From: Dicyema japonicum | Taxonomy: Eukaryota > Animalia > Dicyemida | Reading direction: 5' to 3' | Length of the DNA stretch: 64,000 nt | Assembly (NCBI GenBank): GCA_011109175.1 | Contig: RDEW01000024.1 | Location: forward strand, 241,199-305,198 | Part shown: one piece after another, positions 49,415-62,277 of the stretch | Position numbering within the stretch: position 1 is the first letter of the stretch | How the letters are laid out: each line of letters begins with the position of its first letter | Program-made: the position numbers and the translations under genes | The notes under the pieces: model-generated | Database searches by the model: none | The model's input: the letters and a program-made list of their open reading frames with translations, nothing else | What the model was told of the DNA's origin: nothing

Positions 49415-49880
49415 AAAAGCCACACGCACGTGAAACCCGGTGGCTTTTCAGATGATATCTGTTGCAATTGTGAGAGGCAGCGCTACGTCGGTAATTTATT
49501 TATTTATTTATTAACCCCGGATACACCGAGAAAGAAGTTAAAGTAAACAACTAATTAAGTGTATCCAGTTTCCACTTCTACAGAAACGAATCCATCCGGA
49601 ATCAGCATAAAAGGTAAGACGTCCATTACATGCAGCTGTGGAAACCCCACCAGTGGAGTGGGGGAGAGCAAATGATCCTTTTTTCGTGCCGGCCTGGCAC
49701 TGGGCGTTACCTAGACAGGTGGATCACATGACGCCACTCTATTAGGAACAGACAAGAAAGCAGAAAGCTTCAACCAATTAACCACGCAACACCACATGGC
49801 TCCACGCGGCTAATTCAGAATTTTTTTCTCGGTAATGTCGGCTGGGACCACGTTTGATGGATTTTTGTATTAATTAAATT
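49415..49880 (+). mobile_element. CRE-like 3' fragment interrupted by SINE-B
   Basis: Nucleotide match to 8245-8365 on both sides of the insert. Confidence 0.8.
49496..49828 (-). mobile_element. Young full-length SINE-B
   Basis: 8-bp TSD TCGGTAAT (49488-49495, 49829-49836) and (TAAA)n tail. Confidence 0.9.
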
Positions 49881-50246
49881 ATTAATTTTGTAATTTCCTT
49901 TGTTAACGGTAATAAATCGAATAATAACAAAAGAATTAAGATATTTTTGTTAGTTGTTTTTTCTTTCATAGGTATAATAGCAAATAATTCTTCCATGACA
50001 GTTATATCATGGAAAATAAACGGGAAAATACACATAGTTTCGCGATATCAATCGTATCTTTTGTTAAAACTCAATCAATTGCGATCGACCAAGAAACCCC
50101 CCGCGATCGACCGGTTGGCTACCCCTGTTTTCGGGATATAGAAAATCGGAAACCACCCGGTGATAAAAGCGATTTTTTCTCAATACATTGAACCATGCAA
50201 TTCCTATGCATGTGCCTCGTGGGACCATCCTAAATTACTTGGACTA

Positions 50247-50445
50247 ATAATAATAATAACAGCCTTTTCACGAGAGCCATAATATTTATAGCTCCTCATA
50301 GGCAGGACACACACTTTATTTAAGTAAAGAATAGTTAATTTTAACTAATCGTAGAACCAAAAAAATGATCTTCACTTCTTTTTTCTTTTTTTTTGTGTGT
50401 GAGACTTTTCTAGACATGTTCCACATTGAGTATCCACTGAACATC
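50247..50445 (-). mobile_element. 5'-truncated SINE-A
   Basis: Close reverse match to 20370-20560 including the (TTA)n tail. Confidence 0.88.
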
Positions 50446-53400
50446 GGAAACCACACATAATAAAGACGCTTTTTACTCAATACATTGAATCATGCATTTT
50501 CTATGCATGTGCCTCGTGGGGCCATCCTAAATTATTAGACTAATGCTCAGATAATCGATTCTGCACAAAAAGACTTTTGCAGTGACAGATAAGTGGTTTA
50601 CTGACAAAAAGAACATGTTCCGACAGCCTTGGAGATTCGTATCCGAGGAATAATGGGATAGGCCTGATCAACTTGAACAGGAAAACCCGATCACAGCGAC
50701 TTTTGTAGATTCTATGTAGGAGCATCGAGTAGAGTCAAGAGCCTGGATTAATTTGTGGGATCACTTAGTTTGTTCCAGGTTGGTTCTTGTTAATGAAGTA
50801 GATAGCCAATAAGATAATACCATTAAGATGAAAATTGGAGGTATTGAGATGGAAACCTTGATCCTATACTCATTTATTTAAATAAAAAATGAATCGAGAG
50901 ATGTGCACAACGAGAATTCTAGGCCCTAAGATAGGACTCAGTGACATTTACTTTATTGTAACCTTTTTTAATTTCTTGTTTAATAAAGTTCTTTATTTTG
51001 AAAAAAAGATAGTTATGTGAACTCAATAGATCTCAACCGACTCTTCAGTTTGGTGTTCATTTCTTCAGCCCACACGGGCGAGGAACCACGAGGTCACAAC
51101 GTAACAAACATACTCCAAATTTTAATCGAATTAGGGTTTTCAAAGTAGTTTGCAACAGTCTCTTTTTCAAGTACGTACAGTCACTTCCGTCTATGCATTT
51201 TTTTCTTGATATTAGTAAACTAAAGACATTTTGCCAAAGTTATCCCATGGATTTTTTGATTTGTAGAAAAAAATTTTGGTATTATTTGCTTTGATATTGA
51301 CTATTCAATTAGAGTCTTGTCTGAAATGACCTTTCTGGGCTAATCAATAGTCGGTTGTCTTTTGGAAGCATTTAGTTCTATCTTGTTAGGACGAACTTGA
51401 TTTCCAGATCAATTGATGTTGAATGATGTTGGCTTCAATGCAGTAATTTCTTGCATATGAAAAAAATTCAAAATATTCTCTGTGTATGACCCAAGTGTCG
51501 CTCAAAAGTCTACATCTCTGTTGGCAAGGACGACATTATTATTAATGCCATGTTTTAAAGAACAATAATTAATTAGAATTGTCTTTTTTGCCGCATGTTT
51601 CTTTACCGTTGAAAAGAATCTGGAGGCTAGCTAACAGAAGAAACTTGTCACAAGGCATACCTAGGAAGAATTACTATGAAATGTCGTGTCCTTCCTATTG
51701 ACGAGGGAAACAATTTTCTGGAACTTGCTAAACTCAATTTTCAAGAAATTTAAGAAAAAATGCGTAATTTTGATTTAAGCTTGCTTACGCAATAAATCAT
51801 CGTATGCTGATTCACCTGTAGTTAGAAAGGAAAATGTGTAAAGTTGGCGAAATCTTATTCGAGGTTTCAAAAACCGCATAAATGTATCTGGGGTTATCAA
51901 GCTATAGTTCAATTAATAATTAAATTTGTTAGGGGGCGATGGCAGAAAAAGTTTGGAAACCCTGGTCTACAAAGACTTAACACATCCAAAATTAAAAAGA
52001 AGTTAAGAATATGCCTCGGACTACTTTCAACAATTAGCAAGCATAATTGTTCTTAATTTAAAAATAACGTGTGCCCTGCACATGTGGGCCATAAATATCA
52101 TGGCACTCATGAAAGAGCTTTTATTTTTAAGAGGTCATCTCAAATATAAAAGAAATATATACAATTCTTCAATGGGTTAGTTGATTTTTATTGATTTATT
52201 TAAAATCAAGAATCACCACGAAATTAAGATGGAATACAAAACTGTCAAGCGATTCCAGTTTCTTTAAGAAGCTATTTCATCTATGCTGAGTGTTCATCCT
52301 GAGATCGACGAATTTCATTTACGCTCGAGTTACTTGTGGAAACTTTAGAGATTACATTAGAGATTTTGCATCCTTGTCAAGACCCTCAAGTGTAGTTGTT
52401 CTCAACAATAAGTTTAATACCTTTTAGTGTCCTAGTGACTGTTGCTTGGAAATTCATTAACATCATCAGGTCCTTAAACATAAATTCTTGCACTATTGAT
52501 TATTATTGCAAGGAGTTTCATGAGAGTCATAAAAAGAGACAATTTTGCATTCAATCTCTTCCATTGGTAGATGGTTAACGAGAAATATCAATGAGTTCAG
52601 GTCATCTGCGAATTTCAACTTTTTTCTGATGTGTTAGTAGGAAAACCGGCAGATTTACTTATGGTCTTCTACTAAAACAGCCTTATCGGCAAATGTAATA
52701 CTTTTCGTGGCTTTGTTTGGTGGGGAACTAGACACCATCCTAAGTATATGTGAGGACAGTCTAAGCAAGACTATTATTTTATGCTTATTGGCTTGCAACC
52801 AAATTTCTCGTAGATTGCTTTACTCGAAATCATTTCGGCCAGCCTGTTCATGTTATCTTTCGCAGGTGGTGCCTACAAAAATTAAATAAATCAGAATTTT
52901 TTTAAATAACATTTAAAATATAATTTTATTATTTTAAAATAAATTTAACTAATAAAAATTTGAGTAATAAAACGTCCCTAGTGAATTCATATGGTTGTTA
53001 TGATAACTGACTCGAATTATTATTCTCTCGTAATTTGTGAAAAATTCCAGCATCTAATTCGATTGTGTAACTCCACATTAAAGGGAGTTGAAATATTTTC
53101 CATCGTCTTACAGAAATTAAGGTTAAGTATAAAAACTCATTTTAAGTGGATTGGGTTTCGTTTTTCCCTTGTAGTTTGTAAGACAGCAAAAATAGATACG
53201 ACAAAGAACTAGAGAACTTTCTCAGGATGTACGAGTTTTATTTAAATACTCAGTTTGACAAAATAAATGAGATCATCAACCAATTATGGTGAGGGAGTTA
53301 CAATGCAGGTCGTTGCCGATCGTTGATGTGAAATTTCATTGGACATAGAAATCGGTCTTTGATGTTGCAGACTTCAAATGAGAGGACAGGAAACTTGAAC

Positions 53401-54854
53401 AACCAAAGGAGAGGACGNTACTTTTGAAATTCGTTCCTTATTTTTGCCTATGGGTTCTAATAGTTTTAATAACTTAGAAAATAAAATCTGTCATAATAAT
53501 AACACTAGAGAAATTGGTTAAACAAACTAAATAATCACGTGATCCCACCACGATCTTGCAGAATGACGACTGCTAATACACAACAAAAAACAATTTATAA
53601 CGTGTAATTTAAAAAAAAACGAAAAAATAATAACAAAATTAAAAAATAATTAAAATAATTATACTGGAATTGATTTTAATTTTGATTTTTTTAAACAGGA
53701 CAATTTCCGCCCAATTGATCAGTATTGATTCTATAAAGGGGGATATATTATTTACAAGTGGATAGCTATTTAGTCCAATGACATTGGAAGATAAAATCTA
53801 TGGATTTCATCTGTCATGAAGTGAGTGGGACATTTCTTGCAATATAGGTGAGCAATAATATTTAAATTCCGCATAGCAAAGCACACACTGCGCCATCCTG
53901 CAATAATCTATCAAGTGGATATATAATTTTGAATTCCAATTCCTCTCTTGGAACTGGCCTTAAAATTAGGTAAAAGCTCTCCAGCAATTCTCATAAGCAT
54001 ATGGATATTTTTGCATTTGCCGTACTCCAAACTATCTATTCTACTATTTTATTCAATCCAAAATTTGATTAAACAGCCTGAGAGCAAGTTAAAGACAAAG
54101 ATAATACTTCAAAGGGGTCAACCACTCAAACGACAAAAAGATGTTAGTTAGTTAAATTCACTCCCAAGTTTACATAAGCTTATGAATACATAGTATTTCC
54201 GATGTGTCGAAATACTACCAACTATCCATTCTACAAATTTCTTCAATCCAACAATTAACAGACAGATTATTATAAAGGCATTACTAAGCAAGCGTCAATC
54301 ATTCATCAAACGAGTCAGTAAAATCAATGTAGAGAATACTATAATTACTAGGGTTTTTGTGATTTGGTACATAGCAGGTCGTATCAGGCTGATTTAAATA
54401 TAATTTAGTGTTATTCGAAGAATTTTGGTGGTATATTTAACATAGGTTGTTAACAACATAAATTCCTCTATGCATAATTTGTAGCGACTAGACTTTGTGC
54501 CATGGCATACGCCTAGTAGGATTAATGTCGTCATCCAATCAAAGTAGACATGACCTCTCGACCTCCGCTTGATGGAGATAGGAGATACAAGGAGACATCG
54601 ATACACCAATATCTTCAAAATTGGGGGAACTTGTGTAAGTCAGACATGAAGAGGAAATTGGATTCCTCTCCAAGATTAGAGAAGAAACCCTCTCCTATTG
54701 GAAAATAATCCAGAGTCAAGACAAACAGTAAGAAAAGTCAAGACATGAACCTCAGAATTATACGATAACTCAATCCTTTATCAAGTCCCCACAAACATAA
54801 ACCACACAAAAAATTCACATTACAACAAAAAAGCTACAAATCGTAATAAAAAAA

Positions 54855-55341
54855 TTATCCGCTGAAGGAATGACTCCTCCGATTGTCCCCCAAATTGTTG
54901 CGAAGTAGAACATTGCCATCCTATAATAAAACGCCATAATTCACGTCATCACTGGTCATTGAGAAGAGGGACAAAACTCGGTTAATTCGTTCGCGGAATC
55001 TAAATCAGTAACGTGGACTTACTGTAACTCGTAGAAAAAATTGCTGAAGCCCACGTTGATTACTGAAAGGAAAAAAATCGAAGACAAAATGAAGGGCCAG
55101 TATAATTTTAAATAATCTAAAAACGTCTCCTTTGATAAAGATTGAAGTTACTTGTTTGTCGGGCAAAGGTGGCAGTTTATAAAATGTGGATAAAAGTAAT
55201 ACTGACGAGAGTGTAAACATTACTAGTTGTATAAATATAAGTACATCTCCACATAAACTCGACGTGTTTAGAGTAGGATTTCATTTCGATAATTCGATTT
55301 TGAAATGCTTTCAGATCTGACATTGTATTTGCATAATCCAT
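54855..55341 (-). CDS. CNEP1R1: Nuclear envelope phosphatase-regulatory subunit 1 (TMEM188)
   Basis: Spliced MDYANTMSDLKAFQNRIIE...FMWRLMF...FRERINRVLSLFSMTSDDDGNVLLR matches DLKAFERR..WRM / RCRTVL..NMSCDDTGKLILK. Two hydrophobic segments. Introns 55223-55244 (22 nt), 55130-55151 (22), 55000-55022 (23), 54921-54944 (24). No frameshift needed. Confidence 0.85.
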
Positions 55342-55679
55342 AACAAACAAATTAAATTCAAATTTTAAATATATTTATTTAAATTAGATTTTATTTTTAC
55401 AGGAAACACAATAAAATCAAAATTAATTCAAGTTTCATAATAATAATGTTCGCTTTCAGCGTGGCGTCTTGAGGTTCACAAGTAACAACAATTCTGTTGG
55501 CGCTCAGAATGCTCCTAAAGGATCTCGAAAAAAAACAATTAGCTCTTTTCCACCGGGGTTTATGTCCCCTGGTCGATGGATTACTGGTTTCTCAGATTTG
55601 TGATCTACACAAGTTAAAGGATCGGATCTCTGTTATCAACTAAATGTGAACAGAATTAAAAGCAAAATTATTAAACTTA

Positions 55680-56085
55680 GAACTCTGATTGTTATACTCA
55701 AAGTTGACATCGTGCTCATCCCAGAATCCACTCTATCAGCAAAAGATTTTACGCCCATTTATCCCGGATACAATATAATACCGATTCTACTAAGAAACGT
55801 GGAGAAGGACTACTTGCATTAATCAGAAATGGCCTAAAGTATGAAGACTATACATTCGAAATGAGAAATTCTTGGAAGGTGATGAAACCACAGTAATAAT
55901 CAGAATACCTTAACGTTTCTCAATGCCAGACTTATCAGCATTGGAGAGTTGGAACGAAGTTTTGATATGCGGCGATTTAATTGCTAAACACCATATCTGG
56001 CTGTTAAATTAATCTGCAGATTCAAGAGGAAATTTACTGTTGTCGCAGTCTGGCAATTTTACAATCATCAATGACCAATCAAAAA
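55680..56085 (+). mobile_element. Degenerate APE endonuclease fragment of a LINE
   Basis: KVDIVLIPES, PGYNII, VLICGDL.AKHHIW. Confidence 0.65.
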
Positions 56086-56960
56086 ACTAAATTGACACAT
56101 GGATTGATGTTAAAAATGCTTTCGACTCAGTAAACCATAATATTCTTTTTGATGTCCTTGAAAACTCTGACAACCCAACATCGATTGATAATGTAATTAA
56201 AATACTTATTCAAAAATGGATAGTCAAGCTTTTTTAGTATAAAAAAAATATACGCACTATCAAACTACAAAGAGGGATATTACAGAGAAATAGTTTGCCT
56301 CCTATGTTATTTGTGCTAGTGTTAGATCCAATTAGCCGGTTCCTCGATAACAGATACACTAAAGTTTCGATTACCATTAATGATCACTCAATTTCATCTT
56401 TTTCAACTAGTCATACTTTATTTATATACAATCTAAAACTTATTTCGAACGAAAAATATATTGTCAAGATGATGGAAGAAGTCTATTTATGTTTCAAATC
56501 TGTTAGTCTCGTAAAGAACTTGGATAAATCGGCAACTAATTTTTTGTTGTTTTCAAATGAAGCTGAAATATTTGATGGAATAGATGCATACAAATATTTG
56601 AGTGTATCGGACGGCCCATCTTGGCATATTAACAAGGGATATATGCACAAAACAATTTTTTCTTAAGTATGTCAAAGAATAAAAAAATTAGTAAATACTA
56701 AATTAGTCCTGGATAAAAATCTCTTCTTTGGAGAACTGAACAAAATTTGCTCTTTGAGTAATAAATGGAGTCGATGATTGTTTCATATTGGAATAAGACG
56801 GGTTTTGTCGAAAGAATTCAGGAGCTAAAGATGGAAATAAATAATATCTATACGTGGATGGATAACAAACTCTCTCAGTAAGGCGGAACAAGTAACCTGG
56901 ATTGTTCAGAAACCGTAATTTGTGGATGATCTAGAGTGTGTTGGAGAACTTCAAACACTA
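56085..56960 (+). mobile_element. Degenerate R4/NeSL-type (RLE) LINE RT
   Basis: WIDVKNAFDSVNH, RGILQ.NSLPPMLFVLVLDPISR, SHTLFI..LKL, DKSATN, YKYL. Confidence 0.7.
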
Positions 56961-57470
56961 AATTGCTAGTAAAAAAGGCGTCTTTGCTAAAAAAACATTT
57001 CTAGCAAAGTTATGAACATTAATTTTATAAAATAAAGTGGCCTAACATACATTATATATACAATCTTGCAAATTGGATTATTAAGGTCAGTTAAGGGACG
57101 ACTATGAGTGGAGGAATAACGAGTTAAAGGAGTCTTTATCTTCTACTATACAACAAGAATGGTATTCGCCACACCAGAAAGTTGCGGACTCAAATTGTGG
57201 AATCTGTAAATGTAACTAGCAATGGATGGGTGATGCGAGTGGAACGCGAAATATGTGCAGAAGTACACAACAAGTAATATCTGGCCTGATTTAAATATAA
57301 TTTAGTGTTATTTAAATTCCTTGATATTTGATTAGAAACCAATTAATATTGATTGAATGAAAAGTGACATGCCGATTGACAGGTGAAATGTAACCAGCAA
57401 TTGATGGGTAACCCGGAGGGGACGCGACATAAGATAATAAAAACCCAAGTTAACTATTTTAAAGGTAAAA

Positions 57471-58632
57471 TTATTCTATTATAGGATAAATTCCCTTCAT
57501 AGGAAAATTGCAGTTATTCTTCCCACGTGCCAGTTTCATGTATCCATTTATTCCCCATAAATTTCCATATCCATTTTTTAAGAGCCAATACTTTTCACCC
57601 TTCGAAACTCCATAACCAATAACGGACAAAACATGATTAAGTTTAATATCGAAACAATTTTGATATGGAATATTCCTTAAATGTTTCACTAATATTTACC
57701 TCGAAGATAATTTTGAAAGCGAAAGGAAGAAGAATAGAAATAAACAGCAACAGGACCGAAATTCACAATAACGTGCATAAGCATTTTTTCATCACCATTT
57801 TTAATGATTTTATAACCAGTCAAATTAAATTTAATATTTGGTTGTCCATCATACTTGCATTTACCTACCTATTTAATTATTTGAGGATAAAAACCTTAGC
57901 ATTATACGGATATCGTTTTTCAGAATTAATTCCTCCGTTTATCATTACGTAAATATACACATCTAGTGTATCTCCCCCATCGCATCCACTAGCTGCACAA
58001 TCAATCATGTTTTGTTCGCTCATAGATACAAGAATATTGTGTTTTATTGCCAAATGCGACTCCAACGTAGCCAACTAAATACATTAAACAATCGTTAACA
58101 GCCCCAAATGCATAGCACGACCCGCATAAAGACCCCTGCGTTTTTATTCCAGTTACACAGTTTAGCTTTCTCCAATTAAAAGATGATCGATATCGTTTTT
58201 CATTTACGTGTGCTGTGTAATCTCCAAGATTCATTCTCGTATGAATCAAGAGATATATGGACCAGATAATTTTGTCGGTTTGATAATCTCTTTTCTTGTC
58301 TAAAGCAAATACATTGTAAGTAAACCATGTCAGCAAATTGATTAATTCCTAATTCATATGTAAACTTGCCTTGCTCTGAAAAAAATTATGGTTGTTAATG
58401 AATTTAGATTTTCTGAAAAGATAGCCTTTCTGACTTGGAGTTCCAGCCCAGAATATGATTTATCTTACTGAAAAAAAATTTAACTATATTTTTTTATAAA
58501 ATTATTTCATTCGATTTCATAATATTTATCCTCTCTGTTGAAATCTTTGATTGATTCATATTTAAAATTGATTGAAGACGAAGTAAAGTAAGTAAAAAAT
58601 AAAGGGCAAGTAAAGATAATCAGGCAAGGCAT
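57471..58632 (-). CDS. Cathepsin L-like C1A cysteine protease with signal peptide and I29 prodomain
   Basis: RKAIFSENL.FINNHN (ERFNIN), GINQFADM, QGSLCGSCYAF, SEQNMIDC, GCDGG, YPY, GPVAV, LNHVLSVIGYG, YWLLKNGYG.LWG.NGY.KLARGKNNC. Introns of 24-26 nt. A few indels or one stop that look like errors. Confidence 0.92.
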
Positions 58633-59019
58633 TTTAATTAATTTTGTATAATTTTATTTAAAATTATTTTTCAAGTATTAATATAATAAAATTATATATA
58701 TAAAAAAAAATTATCGAATCAGTTACTTTCATGTTTATTAATATTTGAAATGTGTGAAGATGTTAATAATATTCATCAGGATCACGTCTTGTAATTTGGT
58801 TTCTATCCTGGTTTTGGGATGTTAAATATATGATAAATAACTATTGAATTTGCCTAGTGGTGTCGATTTACCATTTGTATAAGATTTTTTACAATAGTCA
58901 TTTTTGAAATTAACTGTTCACATAAAAATGCAGTTCCAATATAGAAAGATTTTTTATTCATTGTCACTTTTAAATGTAAACGGTATTTCTGAAATATGAA
59001 GCATCATAATTCTCTTTCT

Positions 59020-59460
59020 CAACAAAAAGTTATGACATCATGTATATGAATTAGTCTCTTGTGTAGTGACCCTCTGCTACGCAATCTGACATTACAAAAT
59101 ATAAGAGATCTTCATATTCTGCTTTACCATCCATTGAAAATTGTCTAAACTGCATGTGTATTACTCCTCGTGATAAAATAAAATTTACTTCATTAACAGC
59201 AGTATCCATTGTCTTGTGTAATTTGACTGATTTGCCAACTAACATTTCTTGATCGATTGCTAAAATTTTGCAGAAATTTCAATATTTTCCATTTTAAGTA
59301 ATTTAATAATTTCCTTTTTGTTATCAACTAAAATGACCCGCTTCTGTCGTATTCCGACAATTTTCGATAAGGAAATTTCATTCTGTAAAAGTTGCACTAA
59401 ATATCCAAGAGGTTAGTTTGTGCCAATACCCATCATTGTACGACTCTTAAAAAATTCTTC
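59020..59460 (-). mobile_element. hAT (SPIN/GTF2IRD2-like) transposase fragment
   Basis: MDTAVNEVNFILSRGVIHMQFRQF...EYEDLLY. Confidence 0.75.
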
Positions 59461-59479
59461 AAAAATTTTAATGTTTCAA

Positions 59480-60480
59480 TTCGCTCGCGGAATATAAATA
59501 AGTAACGTGGGCTTACTGTAACTCGTAGAAAAATTGCTGAAGCCCACGTTGATCACTGAAAGGAAGAAAATCGAAGACAAAATGAATGGCCAGTATAATT
59601 TTAAATAATCTAAAATCGTCTCCATGTTAAAGATTGAAATATACTTGTTTGGCAGGCAAAGGTGGCAGTTTATAAAATGTGGATATATTTATACTGAGGA
59701 GAGTGTTAACATACTAGTTGTATAAATCTAAGTACATCTCCATAAACTCGACGTGTTTTAGAGTATGATTTCATTTCGACAATTCAATTTAAAATGCTTT
59801 CAGATCTGACATTGTATTTTCATATCCATAACAAACAAATTAAATTCAAAATTTAAAATATATTATTTAATCAGATTTTTATTTTTACAGGAACACAATA
59901 AAATCAAAATTAATTCAAGTTTTATAAAGTTTTATAAACAATAAAATCAAAATTAATTCAAGAGGATATCTTATTTTATTTACGTTCACTGTGTAATCTC
60001 CAAGTAATTCATTTTCATATGAATCAAGAGATATATATGGACCAGATATTTTGTCGGTTTTATAATCTCTTTTTTCTTAAGAAAATACATTGTAAGTTAA
60101 CCATGTCAGCAAATTGATTAATTCTAATTCATATGTAAATTTGCTTTCTCTGAAAATATATTATGGTTGTTAATAAATCTTAGATTTTCTGTAAAGATAC
60201 CCTTTCTGACTTGGATCTCCAGCACAGAATATGATTTTTCTAAAGTGAAAAATAATTTGACTATATTTTTTCAATAATATTATTCCATTGGATTTCATAA
60301 ATATTTATCTTCTCTGTTGAAATCATTGATTGATTCATATTTGAAATTGATTGAACACGAAATAAAGTAAGTAAAAAATAAAGGGCTTGTTAGATAATCA
60401 GGCCAAGCATTTTAATTAATTCTGTATACTTTTTTATTTAAAAATTTTTCAAATATTAAAATAAAATTATATTAAAAAAT
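59480..60480 (-). pseudogene. Chimeric duplicate: cathepsin 5' exons joined to a truncated CNEP1R1 copy
   Basis: 59480-59960 copies 54985-55440 with an in-frame TAA; 59965-60480 copies 58185-58700. Confidence 0.88.
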
Positions 60481-60519
60481 TACTTATCACTCGTCCACTG
60501 TTGTGTGTGTTGGAACTAT

Positions 60520-61928
60520 ATTTCCCCCCGCTGATTATTTTCTCCTTAAAGATGTATCAAAGCAATATCAAATCTGAAAAAAAAAACTCATGTGGCCTAG
60601 AATTCCTCTATTCTACTGAAACCTTGGGCCACCATCAATAAATACATTAACAATCATCTACAAACACATCGCTGAACATAAATACCATACCGCTTTATGG
60701 AAACTATCAAAAATTCATCCAATATTGAACCGGAAGACCGAATAAACGATCCCGGCTCTTTCAGACAGTTTCTTTTATATGTGTTTTGTCGAGGATCCTG
60801 GAGAAACTGGTCCTAAAAGTTATTCGCCCTCTCTCTCCAATTTACATTCCAACATGGCTTTCAAGGAAGGATTATCACAACTCATTCCTAACGACATTAA
60901 TGAAGTTCATAACTGAAAAACACAAGAACAAGCCAAAACAAGAAAAATCGGTCATATGTAGGATCGACATTCAAAAAGTTTTCGACTCTGTCCCAAGGAA
61001 GATCCTCATTACGAAATATATTTTTGATAAAAATTGATGCACCATTAAAGTTATGGTTAGCAAATTTCGTAAGTGGACGCCGAGGGAAAGTGTCCGTAGG
61101 AAACAAGAGTTCCAGATCGGGATTATTACCCAATGGTGTACCTCAAGGATCCCTCTGTCACCAATCATCTTTAATTTATTTTTGAATGATCTCCCCGTAC
61201 CTATGAATAATATTGAACATGCTACTTTCATATGCCGATGACATAGTTGTGGCATCTAGGAACGTAAATATAGAACATGCCAAAGAAAGACTACAAGGAA
61301 TACTAAATAACATATATGGATGTTGTGCGAAAATTGATTATATGCATGTTCCGATAAGTCAGCAGTACTCTATTTCCTAAGAATAGAAAGATGGAACGCA
61401 AACAATTGATGTCACGTTAAATGGAGTACCTATACCACAAAAGAAATCGCAGAAAATACTGGGATTAACTTTTGATACTTTCCTCTGTTTCTCAGCCATG
61501 TGGAATCATCATATCAATCTGTGCAAAGAAGATCAATTTTGTAAAGGCCTTCTTTTAAAGGCCGCCAGGTATCGGGACCCTGTACAAGTAGTATGTCGAG
61601 TTAACAATAGGCTATGCATGTGCTGCATGGGGATCTAACCTGTCGGCAACGAACCAAACAAAATTCAAGAGATCCAGTCAAGAGCAAAAAAATTACTGGA
61701 AAAATATACAGATAAAGAAATTGCCCCAGAGCACTCGATCTATCATAGAAGCAACTGAAGGCAATTTCAGAAGAGGAAAGGAAAAAGACCCCTTCTGTAT
61801 AGAAAATGCGTGGGATCACGGTCGGAGCATCGAGAAAAAATGGCCCGATTATTGAGAGATGCCGGGATCACCTGAATATTATTTATTGGTTAAGACGGTT
61901 TTTCTTTGGCTTAAAATAATAATAATAT
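60520..61928 (+). mobile_element. Sister copy of the 409-2360 LINE, frameshifted
   Basis: Colinear high nucleotide similarity through the RT and 3' UTR; (AAT)n tail. Confidence 0.92.
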
Positions 61929-61977
61929 TGAATTTGTCCGGGATCACATAATTTCTTGTTTTTATTTTTAACTGTGG

Positions 61978-62115
61978 TCTAATAATAATAATAATAAAGC
62001 CTTTTCACGAGAGCCATAGTATTTTATAGCTCCGCATAGGCAGGACACACACTTTATTTAATAAAGAACAGTTAATTTTAACTAATCTTAGAACCAAGGA
62101 ATGATCTTAACTTCT
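61978..62115 (-). mobile_element. SINE-A 3' fragment
   Basis: GCCTTTTCACGAGAGCCATA..GCAGGACACACAC with (TAA)n on the plus strand. Confidence 0.88.
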
Positions 62116-62277
62116 TATGTACTACATTGGATCACGTGATAGTTAGTTTAGTATTTACCTTGATCTTAGAATGTTAAATAATAATAAATAACCATATAAT
62201 TGGTTTTTTGGTGTCGTATGTAGTTATGTGACTATTTTTATTAAAAGTCTCTCTAACTTCTAGTTGCATCCACCTTA

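Noticed and set aside
48413-50127. One composite hAT element (CAGGCGTGGCCAACC ... GGTTGGCTACCCCTG)
   Set aside because: The ends are TIR-like, but the flanking 8-mers CCTTACGG and TTTTCGGG do not match, so they may belong to different copies.
50959-51106. Solo LTR (TGTAAC...GTAACA; related stretch at ~41890-42035)
   Set aside because: No TSD and no internal LTR-element sequence; too weak to call.
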